Shown: positions 38,083-48,745 of the stretch, in pieces
Position numbering within the stretch: position 1 is the stretch's first letter
Layout of the letters: each line of letters starts with the position of its first letter
Source: Oscillospiraceae bacterium
Lineage (GTDB): Bacteria; Bacillota; Clostridia; Oscillospirales; Ruminococcaceae
Assembly: GCA_963664585.2 (NCBI GenBank)
Contig: CAXXEO010000015.1
Span: 6,597-70,596 of the forward strand
Direction: 5' to 3'
DNA: 64,000 nt
The notes under the pieces: model-generated
Told to the model about the DNA's origin: nothing
What the model saw: only the letters and a program-made list of their open reading frames with translations
The model's database searches: none
Program-made: the position numbers and the translations under genes

Positions 38083-38917
38083 CTTCTTTCTTGCAAGAAA
38101 TGGTTACGGTATCATTGATCGGACATGATATTTCGCTGGTGCACTGATGGCAGCTTATACACTGATGATCATTCACCATGTTTGAAGTTGACACTTCAAT
38201 ATTCATCGGGCATACTGCGTCGCATTTTTTACAGCCAACACAGGTGTCTTTGTTGCGCCGTATTTTAAAGATGCGGAACCGGTTAAACAGTCCAAGGAGT
38301 GCCCCATAAGGGCAAAAATACTTACACCAGGGCCTTTCTATAAATAATGAAAGGACAGTAATCACGCCAAGTGCTATGTACGCCGATAAGGCAACTTCAC
38401 TTGTAAAAAAGTTGAACAACGCATAATAAGGGTCTACTGATTGGAATAACAATTTGGCTGTGACGGCAGTTTGGTAGAGGACCATCGCCAAAACTCCGTA
38501 TCTTAAATATCGCAGCAGGTTGTCCAGCTTTTGAGGTACAAAGCAGTTGTACTTTTTGGGGAAAAGCCTTCTGCCGATTTTCCCAATCCATTCTTGAAAT
38601 GTGCCAAACGGACATATATACCCACAAAAAAGTGCCCCAAAAAGAAGTGCGACAATCATTCCCAAAATCATCAGTATGAACGATGAATTGTGGATCTTTT
38701 GAATGAAGCTTCCCGAAGTTGCGAATTCATAAATGGTTGCAACCCCTCCAAATGGGCAAACTGCGTGTAATGATGCATCTGGAAGAAAAGGTATTCTAAT
38801 CCCCTTTTCCGCTAACCACTTACTGATGGAAATGCTAAATACCAAAACCAAAACAGAAACCTGCGTCATTGTTCTCCAAGTACCCGCTTTGCTCTTTTTT
38901 GCATTCATTTGCTTCAC
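38063..38917 (-). CDS. polytopic 4Fe-4S binding membrane protein (NapH/MauN-like)
   Basis: Several TM segments, CPFG motifs, and a C-terminal CVGCKKCDAVCP ... CISCHQC cluster. Confidence 0.7.
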   Translation of the reverse strand: MKQMNAKKSKAGTWRTMTQVSVLVLVFSISISKWLAEKGIRIPFLPDASLHAVCPFGGVATIYEFATSGSFIQKIHNSSFILMILGMIVALLFGALFCGYICPFGTFQEWIGKIGRRLFPKKYNCFVPQKLDNLLRYLRYGVLAMVLYQTAVTAKLLFQSVDPYYALFNFFTSEVALSAYIALGVITVLSLFIERPWCKYFCPYGALLGLFNRFRIFKIRRNKDTCVGCKKCDAVCPMNIEVSTSNMVNDHQCISCHQCTSEISCPINDTVTISCKKEGGSFEN

Positions 38918-39191
38918 GTCCTTATCTTTATTATTTTAAAGATAACTGTCAACCATGGCAAAAATGTGTTTTTAATTTTCTTAATCTGTGGTGTCGCCTG
39001 CGAAACAATACTTCCATCTTTATTAATAGCCTCTTACTTTATCGAAAATATTTAGAGTCTTTAAATAAACCTGGTGATATCATAAAAAGAAACACGGGAG
39101 TTAGCCTGACCGGCCTCCCCACTTGACCGTCAATTTTTACAGAGTATAATTGAAAATATAATATGATAAAAGAAAGCTTACAGGTGACTTA

Positions 39192-40586
39192 ATGCATTTC
39201 AATTCTGTGAAGAGAAACATTGAGCAAAGACGCGATCTTATTTTAAATGGTCCTGTATCGACAACCATTTTACTGCTTTCCGTCCCCGCACTCATGATGG
39301 GTCTCGTACAGTCTGCAATACCGGTGATTGATGGCCTTTTTCTCAACAATATCGCCGGTACCATCGCAGCAAGCGCCGTTTCATATTGCACGCCCATTGT
39401 CAACATGGCCGTAGCGCTGGCGCAGGGCTTGAGTGTAGCCGGGATGGCAATTATCGGTCAGTCCAATGGGAAAGGAGACTTTAAAGAGGGTCAGCGCATT
39501 TCAACCCAGATGATCGTCTTTGCTTTCTTGCTGGGTTTGATTTTAGTTCCGGTTCTTATCACCTTCGCCTTCCCTGTGTCGTCGCATGTAAATGCAGAGA
39601 TTTCTCACGATGTTTTTTTATATCTTTCTCTAAGCGCTTTCGTACTGCCTTTTTCATTTATGGAATCAATCTATAATGCTATCAAGAATGCAAGCGGAAA
39701 ACCAGAGGATTCTTTTACACGAATGGCGCTCATGCTGGTACTCAAAATAATATTTAACGCTTTATTCATTGCCGTCTTCCGTTGGGGCATTATCGGTTCC
39801 GTAATGGCTTCACTGGTATCCAATATTTTAATTACCACATGGATGTATTATGAACTGTTTATCAAATCCGGCAATGACAAACTTATCTTAACTGGTTTTA
39901 AATTTGATCGTCAGATTATACGAGAGCTTCTGCATATCGGTTTACCATCCATGCTTTCAAGCGTCATGCTCAATCTGGGGTTTTACCTGATTAACAATGA
40001 GGTTCAGAAATTCGGCGCGATTGTCTTGAATGGCCAGGGTATTGCCAATAACATCTCATCCGTTTGCTTTATAGTTCCTGCATCATTTGGTTCGTCTGTC
40101 ACCACCATGGTCAGCATGAACATTGGGGCGGGTCAGGGTCAGAAAGCACGCGAATCATGTTTGGTTGGCTGTATCATTAGCGCAATCACCGCCGTTATTT
40201 TGATTGCAATTGTCGTGCCGCTGTCATCACGAATTACCATCCTTTTCACACGATCAAAAGATGTCCTTGAAATTGCAAATAACGCTTTACATATCTATAC
40301 CTATTCCGTGGTGGGCTTTGCTATATGTATGGTACAGCAAGGGGCGTTTATCGGTTTGGGACTGACGCGTGTTACTTTGGTTATCAGCATTCTGCGCGTA
40401 TGGCTTTTGCGGTATGTCTTCATCTTACTAACAGAGCGTTATCTCGGCTTTTATTCGGTATTCTGGGGCAATCTCTTTTCAAATTATATGGGTGCTGTGA
40501 TAACGACCATACTGATTTTAAGGGTAAATTGGGTCTCATCTATACCCCAAAAGGAATTGGTGAAAAACGGCATTGAAACTTCCTAA
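39192..40586 (+). CDS. MATE family efflux transporter
   Basis: 464 aa, 12 hydrophobic segments, typical MATE N-terminus (ILNGPVSTTILLLSVPALMMGLVQS). Confidence 0.85.
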   Translation: MHFNSVKRNIEQRRDLILNGPVSTTILLLSVPALMMGLVQSAIPVIDGLFLNNIAGTIAASAVSYCTPIVNMAVALAQGLSVAGMAIIGQSNGKGDFKEGQRISTQMIVFAFLLGLILVPVLITFAFPVSSHVNAEISHDVFLYLSLSAFVLPFSFMESIYNAIKNASGKPEDSFTRMALMLVLKIIFNALFIAVFRWGIIGSVMASLVSNILITTWMYYELFIKSGNDKLILTGFKFDRQIIRELLHIGLPSMLSSVMLNLGFYLINNEVQKFGAIVLNGQGIANNISSVCFIVPASFGSSVTTMVSMNIGAGQGQKARESCLVGCIISAITAVILIAIVVPLSSRITILFTRSKDVLEIANNALHIYTYSVVGFAICMVQQGAFIGLGLTRVTLVISILRVWLLRYVFILLTERYLGFYSVFWGNLFSNYMGAVITTILILRVNWVSSIPQKELVKNGIETS

Positions 40587-40597
40587 TAATATGTCGG

Positions 40598-40658
40598 CGC
40601 AATGTAACATTGTATATTCCCCCGCCTTCGGCAGGGGAATATACAAAAACGTTTAAGC
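40598..40658 (+). repeat. partial F2 repeat with GC hairpin core
   Basis: GCGCAATGTAACATTGTATATTCCCCCGCCTTCGGCAGGGGAATATACAAAAACGTTTAAGC. It lacks the TTAACCCATTGCC arm. Confidence 0.7.
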
Positions 40659-40672
40659 AAAAAATTAAAAGA

Positions 40673-40703
40673 ACAGGGACTCTGTAAAGAATCCCTGTCT
40701 TTC
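40673..40703 (+). terminator. terminator candidate after the MATE gene
   Basis: ACAGGGA-N12-TCCCTGT followed by CTTTCC. The T-run is weak. Confidence 0.4.
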
Positions 40704-40986
40704 CAAGCTAATATTTAGTATCCCCGTAGGAAATTAAGAAGCCCAACTTAACCATCCCCCATTTTCTTTATATGCTAAACTGCTCGTATCATAATGGGTT
40801 CAAAGATAGATCGTTTCAACTTAATCATCTCCGATTCCGAACTAAATCCTTGCTTGCTCTTCATATTCAATTGTTAACTTGGGTACCGATTCATAAAGAA
40901 TACTGTCATACCCAATAGTTATTATGGTCTTTCGCCCTGATATTATTCAGTTTATTTTAATCCTATATTTTCCAGAATTAAAACAT

Positions 40987-41033
40987 TAAAAAAGCTCTGC
41001 CTGATGCATGATAAACACAGGCAGAGCTTTTTT
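40987..41033. terminator. bidirectional intrinsic terminator at the LysR gene end
   Basis: AAAAAAGCTCTGCCTG-N14-CAGGCAGAGCTTTTTTT. Confidence 0.8.
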
Positions 41034-41036
41034 TGA

Positions 41037-41906
41037 TTAAATCAATGATTTGTAAACGTCCAGAAATGGCTTAATCGCAGGATTATGGTTATTGGGTGCA
41101 TGCGCAAAGACAAAGGGAGTCATAAAGGGATGCTCCCCAATGTTTGTCATGGTCACATTTGCCGGCAGAGAATTCTTTAAAAACTCGGGTAGGAATGCAA
41201 CACCCAGTTTAGATTCAATCATGGCTAGCTGAGCACATAAAAAGTTTGTTTGGAGATAATGATGGGGCCGGTATCCATGCTGTGCACAAAGCTGTTTCAT
41301 ATCGTCGCCATAATCATCTTGCAGAATAATCAGGGTTTGCTCTTTCAGTATTTTTTGATCCTCAGGCTCCATAGACATGAAAGGGTGTTCATTATGAGCA
41401 CAGATCCCCCAAGACTCCGGATAGAGATTGTTCAAGACAGGTAAATCAAACTGTTCGGCACAGCTACTAGAACATAAGGCGATATCAATAAGCCCTTTCT
41501 TATAGCGATATGCAAGAATTTTATAAGAGAACTGCAAACAGGTGATTTCTATTTGTGGGTAAAGTTCTGAAAATGCTTGCATAGCTTTACACAAAAGTGC
41601 GTGTTCATAAGGGCCAACCCCGATTTTAATAGAACCGGTAATCCCCATAGACGCCTTTTGCGTTCGGTCAACCATGCCACTATAATACTCCAGCAAAAAA
41701 ATTGCTTCGCACAAAAAATGATCTCCCGCAGGCGTCAATTCCACTACACGGCTGTCTCGATAAAGCAGTGTTACACCAAGCTGTTCTTCCAAACACGCAA
41801 TTTGTCGACTCATGGCCGTTTGTGTAATGTGACAATCTTCGGCGGCTTTGGTGAAATTAAGATGCCGCGCCACACTGACATAACACTTCAGCTTATAAAA
41901 ATCCAT
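41037..41906 (-). CDS. LysR-family transcriptional regulator
   Basis: MDFYKLKCYVSVARHLNFTKAAEDCHITQTAMSRQIACLEEQLGVTL. Confidence 0.9.
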   Translation of the reverse strand: MDFYKLKCYVSVARHLNFTKAAEDCHITQTAMSRQIACLEEQLGVTLLYRDSRVVELTPAGDHFLCEAIFLLEYYSGMVDRTQKASMGITGSIKIGVGPYEHALLCKAMQAFSELYPQIEITCLQFSYKILAYRYKKGLIDIALCSSSCAEQFDLPVLNNLYPESWGICAHNEHPFMSMEPEDQKILKEQTLIILQDDYGDDMKQLCAQHGYRPHHYLQTNFLCAQLAMIESKLGVAFLPEFLKNSLPANVTMTNIGEHPFMTPFVFAHAPNNHNPAIKPFLDVYKSLI

Positions 41907-41975
41907 TTACAACATCCTTTCCGCAGTATCGAGCACCCATAGAAATGGCAAAACATTTATTGATGGGTGCATGTT

Positions 41976-41995
41976 TTTTATGCATTGTACAAATT
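41976..41995 (+). promoter_or_regulatory. 20-nt motif TTTTATGCATTGTACAAATT, copy 1
   Basis: Identical 20-mer at 52996..53015. Contains the palindromes ATGCAT and TTGTACAA. It sits 70 bp from the LysR start and just before TATAAT at 42001. Confidence 0.5.
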
Positions 41996-42160
41996 CTTGT
42001 TATAATGCTAGAATTTCTATGGTGAACTTAACATATTTTCGTTGAATATAATGCACAATTTGCTTTTTTGATTTTTGTTTAATATTCATACATTCGAAAA
42101 TTCTTTTGTCGAAAAGGCAAGAATGCAATGTCCTATTTTGTGCTAAACAGAGGAGCGGCT

Positions 42161-42481
42161 ATGAAAAATCAAAATCAATATCGCTGGGGCCTGCCTTTAC
42201 TGTGCCTTCTGAGTTATCTGGTTTCCGGCAAAGAAAACATAGCCATGTCAATTTCCGACACCTTTTTTTTGGTGGGCATTGTCTGCTTGATTGTGGGCGG
42301 CGCGAAGATTGTAAAAAAAACGGGTTTCTTTTATCTTCCCCGATACGGATTTAAACAATTTTTTTCAATTATCACCAACGCGAAATATTCTCGAGAACCA
42401 ATAGGTGATAGTTATACAGAGTTTCTTCATTCAACTTCAAAGGATGATACATATAAGTTCCTCTCATACTGGCTTTGGTAA
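42161..42481 (+). CDS. DUF3899-like small membrane protein
   Basis: ORF 42128..42481, trimmed to MKNQNQYRWGLPLL behind GAGGAG. Confidence 0.55.
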   Translation: MKNQNQYRWGLPLLCLLSYLVSGKENIAMSISDTFFLVGIVCLIVGGAKIVKKTGFFYLPRYGFKQFFSIITNAKYSREPIGDSYTEFLHSTSKDDTYKFLSYWLW

Positions 42482-42559
42482 TGCTCGTGATTTCAGCAGT
42501 CTTCTCCTTATTATAAATGATTAAAACTTAAATGTCAAAATCATACACGGAAGTTTAAT

Positions 42560-42594
42560 AATACAAATTAACCATGGTTGTAAATTTGTATTTT
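42560..42594. promoter_or_regulatory. AT-rich imperfect palindrome centred on CCATGG upstream of the first binding-protein gene
   Basis: AATACAAATTAACCATGGTTGTAAATTTGTATTTT. It shares TACAAATT with the 20-nt motif. Confidence 0.35.
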
Positions 42595-42619
42595 AAATAA
42601 ATATCTAGGAGGAAAAAAC

Positions 42620-44392
42620 ATGAAAAAAAGAATTCCCATCGCGATACTGGCATGTGTTTTAGTGCTCTCGTCTGTTTTGGCTGGTTGTGGATCTTCGGGT
42701 GCATCACAATCTGCTAGCCAATCGAGTAAAAGCTCAGCAGTCACGGGCCCAAAAATTTTCAATTGGACAACCAATGCCGCAGCCACTACGATGAACGCGC
42801 ACACGACTGAAAAAGTTGATGTTGAAATCATCGATCTTGTACAGGCCAGTCTGTATCAGTGGATGCCCGGTGCGGACCGCAAGACCACTTATCTGGATGT
42901 AGATCTAGCTTTGGAGAAACCAACTGCCAGCACGGACGGAAGCACCTGGACGATCAAAATTAATCCTAAAGCGAAATGGGCTAATGGCGATCCGATCAAT
43001 GCGGACACCTTTATTTATTCATGGAAAATGGCCCTCGACCCCAAGATGCTCAATACCCCCGGCGGCACCACCTGTGGGACAAATTACATTAAAGTTGAAA
43101 ATGCCATGGCTTACTATACCCAGGTTTCCACCGGCAAGCCAGTGGATTGGGCAAACGTAGGCTTCAAGAAGGTTGACGACTATACGTTGTCTGTCAAAAC
43201 AGAAGGAAAGTTTACACAGCAGGAAGTCATGCAGCATTTTGCCTGGCGGACAACCGGCCCTGTGTACCAAAAGCTGTATGAGGCGGGATTGGATGCTTCA
43301 AAGCTCACAACTACATATGGTACAGATAAAGACAAATATATAGCTTCCGGACCTTTTAGCATAAAAACATGGGTCAAGGGTGCTGATATCGTTCTCGAAA
43401 AAAATGCCAACTATTTGCATGCCGACCAAGTAAAGCTTAGTGGTATCAATGTACGCGTTGCAGCCGACGATGGAACAAAGCAGCAACTGTTCGAAAAGGG
43501 AGACCTTGACTATATGCTCCTGTCGACAGGTACCCTTTCGAAATACTCCGATGACCCAAGAGTCATCTCTTATGATACACAGACCATCCGTTGCATCGAA
43601 ATCAACAGGACAAACCCGGATAAGCCCATATTACACAATAAAAACTTCTTGCAGGCTCTATATTATGCCGTAGACAGAGATGCGATGGCTAAGCTTGTCT
43701 ATGGTATCCCCTCCCCGCTTATCATTTCCACCAGATCCATGGCTTTAGACAACGGCACCAAGTACAGAGATTTGCCGGTAGCCAAAGCCAATATTCCGGA
43801 AAAGAACGGGTATAATCCCACACTGGCAAAAGAGCTTTTTGATAAAGCGCTAGCCGAAGAAAAGTTGACAAAGTTGACATTGCAGCTAAACTATTTTGAC
43901 ACGATTGAAGCGACCAAGGTATTGTCTGAATACATGCAGAAGAGCCTTGCCCAGATATTCGGAGCAGATAAATTTGAACTCAAGCTCCAGTCGTCTTCAA
44001 CAGCCCTGCAAATCATGCAAGCATCGATAACATCAAACCCTGCCTCCTATGAGCTTTCCTGGATGGGTTGGGGTCTGTCGGCTGAGGCCTATTCTCCGGC
44101 CGCAAAGTTCCAGGTTTATCTGAGTAACTCTTCGCGCAGAGTCGCAAATTATGGAAACAAAGAAATTGATGCACTGTATGCAGAGGCTATCACCGATGCA
44201 GTCAGAGCAGACAAGCAGAAAGTCGCTGAGCTGAGTGCAAAAATGGAAAAAATATTCCGTGACGAAGTCTTAAACGTACCTGTTTTCCAGGTGCAGAATT
44301 ATGTACTGCTTTCTGAAAGATTAAAGGCACCTGCAAATACCAATCTGCCCGGTTTAGGCTGGGGCTGGAAATTTGCAGATATTGTTAAATAA
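42620..44392 (+). CDS. ABC transporter substrate-binding lipoprotein, family 5 (peptide/nickel type)
   Basis: Lipobox VLAGCGSS. 590 aa. Confidence 0.88.
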   Translation: MKKRIPIAILACVLVLSSVLAGCGSSGASQSASQSSKSSAVTGPKIFNWTTNAAATTMNAHTTEKVDVEIIDLVQASLYQWMPGADRKTTYLDVDLALEKPTASTDGSTWTIKINPKAKWANGDPINADTFIYSWKMALDPKMLNTPGGTTCGTNYIKVENAMAYYTQVSTGKPVDWANVGFKKVDDYTLSVKTEGKFTQQEVMQHFAWRTTGPVYQKLYEAGLDASKLTTTYGTDKDKYIASGPFSIKTWVKGADIVLEKNANYLHADQVKLSGINVRVAADDGTKQQLFEKGDLDYMLLSTGTLSKYSDDPRVISYDTQTIRCIEINRTNPDKPILHNKNFLQALYYAVDRDAMAKLVYGIPSPLIISTRSMALDNGTKYRDLPVAKANIPEKNGYNPTLAKELFDKALAEEKLTKLTLQLNYFDTIEATKVLSEYMQKSLAQIFGADKFELKLQSSSTALQIMQASITSNPASYELSWMGWGLSAEAYSPAAKFQVYLSNSSRRVANYGNKEIDALYAEAITDAVRADKQKVAELSAKMEKIFRDEVLNVPVFQVQNYVLLSERLKAPANTNLPGLGWGWKFADIVK

Positions 44393-44412
44393 CTAGTTTC
44401 TCCTCCTTTATA

Positions 44413-44449
44413 GCAGTACAGCGGGATTAAATTCATCCCGCTGTACTGC
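44413..44449 (+). other. 14-bp perfect stem-loop just after the binding-protein gene, no T-run
   Basis: GCAGTACAGCGGGA-N9-TCCCGCTGTACTGC. Confidence 0.6.
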
Positions 44450-44632
44450 ACTTCTTAAAAAACGAATAAAATATGATGACGAAGCGATAAAGTGCATTGC
44501 TATTTGCTTTCTCTTTGGCGCTGGTGCCGTCGGTGACAGATGATTTCCCTCTTGGACTGGGCTCTGTCATTTTTATATATCAGGGATTTTAAAAATCAAT
44601 CATTCCCAAACGCAAGTAGGAGAAAAAGAACT

Positions 44633-45583
44633 ATGACCAGGTACATTATTGAGCGCATTATTGCAATGTTGCTGACTCTATTTATTATTATGACCATCGC
44701 TTTTGTTGTCGTGAGGCTGATGCCAGGCAGCGTTTATGACAATCCCGAGCTTCCACAAAGTGTCATTGAAGCTCTTGAGAAGAAAGCGCATCTGGATCAG
44801 CCCATGATTATTCAATATGGCTATTTCCTAAAGGGCATTCTTCTGGAAAATGACTGGGGCACATCGGTGAAAATTGAACCGGCGGTACCTGCTTTTGATG
44901 TGCTGAAGGCAAGAATACCCGCATCTCTCAGCGTTAATCTGATTTCATTATTTATCTCCATACCCCTTGGTATCATTGCCGGCACGATTGCAGCATTGAA
45001 AAAAAATAAAATGACAGATACCGTTATTTCATTTTTCGTTGTGGTTTGTATATCAGTGCCTTCTTTTGTTTTTGCCTCAATGCTACAGTATTTTCTGGCC
45101 TTTAAGCTAAATCTGTTCCCTCTTTTATATGAATCCACAGGCACGTTGGGGCTTAAACTGTATTCTATGATTGTGCCCGTTATTGCGTTGGCTCTTGGGC
45201 CGATTGCCACAATCACCCGGTATTTGAGGGGCGAACTGATCGAAACCTTGGGCTCCGAATTTATGCTGCTGGCTCAGACAAAGGGCCTGACGCGTGTGCA
45301 GGCGACAGTGAGGCACGCGTTTCGAAACTCCTGCGTTCCCCTTGTCAACATTATTATCCCCATGTTTACGAGCATTCTCGGCGGTTCGCTGGTCGTAGAA
45401 AAGATATTTTCCATTCCCGGTGTGGGAAATATAATGATCAATTCAATCAACAGTAACGACTATTCATTGACCGTCGCCGTCCTGATCTTTTATTCACTAG
45501 TTTCACTTATTACAATGCTGATTGTCGATATCTCTTACGGAATCGTCGATCCTCGCATCAGACTGGGAGGAAAGTCACGATGA
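44633..45583 (+). CDS. ABC transporter permease (OppB/DppB type)
   Basis: ORF 44540..45583, trimmed to MTRYIIERIIAML. EAA-like loop QTKGLTRVQATVRHAFRN. Confidence 0.88.
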   Translation: MTRYIIERIIAMLLTLFIIMTIAFVVVRLMPGSVYDNPELPQSVIEALEKKAHLDQPMIIQYGYFLKGILLENDWGTSVKIEPAVPAFDVLKARIPASLSVNLISLFISIPLGIIAGTIAALKKNKMTDTVISFFVVVCISVPSFVFASMLQYFLAFKLNLFPLLYESTGTLGLKLYSMIVPVIALALGPIATITRYLRGELIETLGSEFMLLAQTKGLTRVQATVRHAFRNSCVPLVNIIIPMFTSILGGSLVVEKIFSIPGVGNIMINSINSNDYSLTVAVLIFYSLVSLITMLIVDISYGIVDPRIRLGGKSR

Positions 45584-46707
45584 ATTCGATAGATAATATT
45601 CCTCAGGAAAAATTTGTCTTCGTCCACAACGACGAAAAAATTCTTGATGCCAAGTTTGAGACACAACCCATTGGATATTTGAAGGATGCCCTGATCAGGC
45701 TCAAAAGGAATAAAGCGTCAGTGGTGGCTTTTTATATCATCTGTATCATTGCCTTTTTCTCTGTTTTCGGACCGGCGATGAATTCATACGGCTTTAACGA
45801 TCAGAATGTGCAACACGCAAACATGCCGCCTAAAATCCCAGTTCTGGAAAATTTGGGTATTGCTGATGGAACGCGGCTGCTTTCTAACAAAAAAGCAACC
45901 AGCCTGACCGACACCAGCAAATTTCCCGAGGGCTCTATCGTCTCTGTACAAAATGAACGGCTCATCAATGGCGTCGAAATGGTCGATGTAGTCGTCGATT
46001 ATTACAAGTATGTAGGCGCTGAAGGCAAGTATTATTGGATGGGCACCGACTATCTGGGCAGGGACCAGTGGACAAGACTGTGGAGAGGCTCACGGGTGTC
46101 GCTGATTATTGCGCTTCTTTCCGTCGCTGTCAATACAATCATGGGAATTGTCTATGGTGCCATTGCAGGATACTACGGCGGCTCAGTGGACATGGTGATG
46201 ATGAGAATCACCGAAATTATCAGTGCCTTTCCCGAAGTCGTTGTTGTCACCCTTTTTATTATGTTTTTCGGTACAGGCATGACGTCCATTATTTTCGCCT
46301 TGGTCATCAGGGGATGGGTTCCAGTGGCGAGAATGGTTCGCGCACAGTTTTTTCGGTTCAAAGAAAGAGAGTATGTCTTGGCTGCCAAAACATTGGGTGT
46401 TAAGGACAGCGCTTTGATCTTCAAACACATTCTGCCCAACTCGATGGGACCCATTATCACCAGAATGATGATCGCAGTGCCGTCAGCCATCTTTACCGAG
46501 TCATTTCTGGCCTATATCGGACTGGGCCTGCAGGCTCCGGAACCATCAATCGGCATACTGCTGTCAAATGGCCAGAAAGTGCTTCTGCTCTACCCTTATC
46601 AAACACTGTTCCCCGCTATCCTGATTTCAACATTGATGATCTGTTTTAACATGTTCTCCAATGGCCTGAGAGACGCACTTAACCCAACAATGCGCGGTCA
46701 AGAATAA
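45580..46707 (+). CDS. ABC transporter permease (OppC/DppC type)
   Basis: 375 aa. MGTDYLGRDQWTRLW and LAAKTLGVKDSALIFKHILPN. Confidence 0.88.
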   Translation: MNSIDNIPQEKFVFVHNDEKILDAKFETQPIGYLKDALIRLKRNKASVVAFYIICIIAFFSVFGPAMNSYGFNDQNVQHANMPPKIPVLENLGIADGTRLLSNKKATSLTDTSKFPEGSIVSVQNERLINGVEMVDVVVDYYKYVGAEGKYYWMGTDYLGRDQWTRLWRGSRVSLIIALLSVAVNTIMGIVYGAIAGYYGGSVDMVMMRITEIISAFPEVVVVTLFIMFFGTGMTSIIFALVIRGWVPVARMVRAQFFRFKEREYVLAAKTLGVKDSALIFKHILPNSMGPIITRMMIAVPSAIFTESFLAYIGLGLQAPEPSIGILLSNGQKVLLLYPYQTLFPAILISTLMICFNMFSNGLRDALNPTMRGQE

Positions 46708-46719
46708 TGAGGTGCAAAT

Positions 46720-47775
46720 ATGAATGATCATAGAGAAGAGATATTAAGCGTAAAAGACTTACGCGTATCTTTCCGGGGTTATGCAGGGAATGTACGTGCA
46801 GTCAGGGGCGTCTCGTTTGATCTCAAAAAAGGCGAGACCATTGCTATCGTCGGTGAATCAGGCTCGGGAAAATCGGTCACCGTTAAAACCATTATGGGTA
46901 TTCTCTCAAAAAACGCCATCATAGACAGCGGCGAAATATCGTACGAGGGCAAGGATCTGACCAAAGTTTCTGAGGATGATTTTCATCAAATCCGCGGAAA
47001 AAAGATCGGACTCATCTTTCAAGATCCGTTGTCCGCTTTGAATCCCATCATGAAAATCGGCAATCAGATAACCGAGGTTCTGATACTGGAGAAAAAGATG
47101 TCAAAGGAAGTGGCGAAAGCCAAGGCCATTGAACTGATGACCGCGGTGGGTATCCCACAGCCAGAAGTGCGTTTTAACCAGTACCCATTCCAATTTTCCG
47201 GGGGTATGCGGCAAAGAATCGTCATTGCGATCGCTTTAGCCAACGATCCTGAAGTTTTAATTTGTGATGAGCCTACAACGGCACTGGATGTAACCGTTCA
47301 GGCCAAGATTTTGGAACTCATCGATCAAATTAAGAAAGAAAGAAACATCTCGGTCATATTTATCACACATGACCTGGGGGTCGTGGCCAATATAGCGGAC
47401 CGTGTCTATGTGATGTACGCAGGTAAAATCGTCGAGTATGGAACCTGTGAAGATATTTTCTTCTCTCCTGCTCATCCCTACACCTGGGCTCTGTTGTCTT
47501 CTATGCCCGATCTGGAAACCAAAGAAAAACTTCTTGCGATTCCAGGTACACCCCCCAATATGGTGTATCCACCCAAGGGGGATGCATTTGCCGAAAGAAA
47601 TCAATATGCCATGCAGATTGACTTTGAAGAGGAGCCGCCCTATTTTAAGGTAAGTGAGACGCATTATGCTGCTACCTGGCTTCTGCATCCCAACGCACCC
47701 AAAGCCTTGCCGCCGGAAATCCTCAGAAACAGAATTGCGCGCATGCGGTCAGAGGAGGTAAATAGCGTTGGATAG
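46720..47775 (+). CDS. ABC transporter ATP-binding protein (OppD type)
   Basis: [27 protein letters not shown]. Confidence 0.9.
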   Translation: MNDHREEILSVKDLRVSFRGYAGNVRAVRGVSFDLKKGETIAIVGESGSGKSVTVKTIMGILSKNAIIDSGEISYEGKDLTKVSEDDFHQIRGKKIGLIFQDPLSALNPIMKIGNQITEVLILEKKMSKEVAKAKAIELMTAVGIPQPEVRFNQYPFQFSGGMRQRIVIAIALANDPEVLICDEPTTALDVTVQAKILELIDQIKKERNISVIFITHDLGVVANIADRVYVMYAGKIVEYGTCEDIFFSPAHPYTWALLSSMPDLETKEKLLAIPGTPPNMVYPPKGDAFAERNQYAMQIDFEEEPPYFKVSETHYAATWLLHPNAPKALPPEILRNRIARMRSEEVNSVG

Positions 47776-48715
47776 TACACAAAAAGACAACCTGCTTGAA
47801 GTGAAAAATCTGAATATGCAGTTTAGTTCGGGAAAGGGAAAGAACAAAGCAGTGGTAAAGGCCATTGACAACGTTTCTTTCAACGTGCGTGAAGCAGAGA
47901 CCTTCGGCCTTGTGGGAGAAAGCGGATGTGGAAAAACCACGACAGGAAGAACTATTATCCGTTTATATGACCCCCTCAGCGGTGAAGTAAAGTTCAGGGG
48001 CCGTGAAATCACTGGAAAAATGACCGGAGATTTGCGAAAATACATAACCTCCAATATTGCGATGATCTTTCAGGACCCGGTCGAGTCGCTGAATCCCCGT
48101 ATGACTGTACGGGAAATTATTGGCGAAGGGCTTAAGGTAAAGGGAATCAAGGACACGCAGGAAATCGACCGAAGAGTCTATGATATGCTTGACAAGGTGG
48201 GTCTTACCCATGAGCACGCGAGCCGCTACCCCCATGAGTTTTCTGGCGGGCAACGTCAGCGCATTGGCATAGCGAGGGCCATCATTACAAATCCTGCTCT
48301 TGTGATTGCGGATGAACCCGTGTCGGCATTGGATGTATCGATCCGGGCACAGGTCATCAACCTGCTCAACGACCTGAAGAAGGAACTGGGTCTGACCGTG
48401 CTTTTTATTGCCCATGACCTATCGGTCGTCAAATATTTCTCCGACAGAATAGGCGTTATGTACTATGGGAAGCTGGTAGAAATAGCGGAAAGCGAAGAGC
48501 TGTATCGAAACCCTATTCATCCCTATACCAAGGCACTTCTTTCCGCGGTGCCCCAGCCAAACCCCGTTTCAGAAAAGAAAAGGGTTCGTATCGCTTATGA
48601 CCCCAAGAAACAGCATGATTACAGTGTGGAAAAACCCAGTCTTGTCGAAATCACAAAAGGGCACTTTGTATATGCGTCCCCTTCCGAAGCAGAGAGTTAT
48701 CACAAAGTTTTATAA
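47768..48715 (+). CDS. ABC transporter ATP-binding protein (OppF type)
   Basis: [31 protein letters not shown] start. Confidence 0.88.
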   Translation: MDSTQKDNLLEVKNLNMQFSSGKGKNKAVVKAIDNVSFNVREAETFGLVGESGCGKTTTGRTIIRLYDPLSGEVKFRGREITGKMTGDLRKYITSNIAMIFQDPVESLNPRMTVREIIGEGLKVKGIKDTQEIDRRVYDMLDKVGLTHEHASRYPHEFSGGQRQRIGIARAIITNPALVIADEPVSALDVSIRAQVINLLNDLKKELGLTVLFIAHDLSVVKYFSDRIGVMYYGKLVEIAESEELYRNPIHPYTKALLSAVPQPNPVSEKKRVRIAYDPKKQHDYSVEKPSLVEITKGHFVYASPSEAESYHKVL

Positions 48716-48745
48716 TAACAATCAAAAGAATGGAGGCTGTGTCTC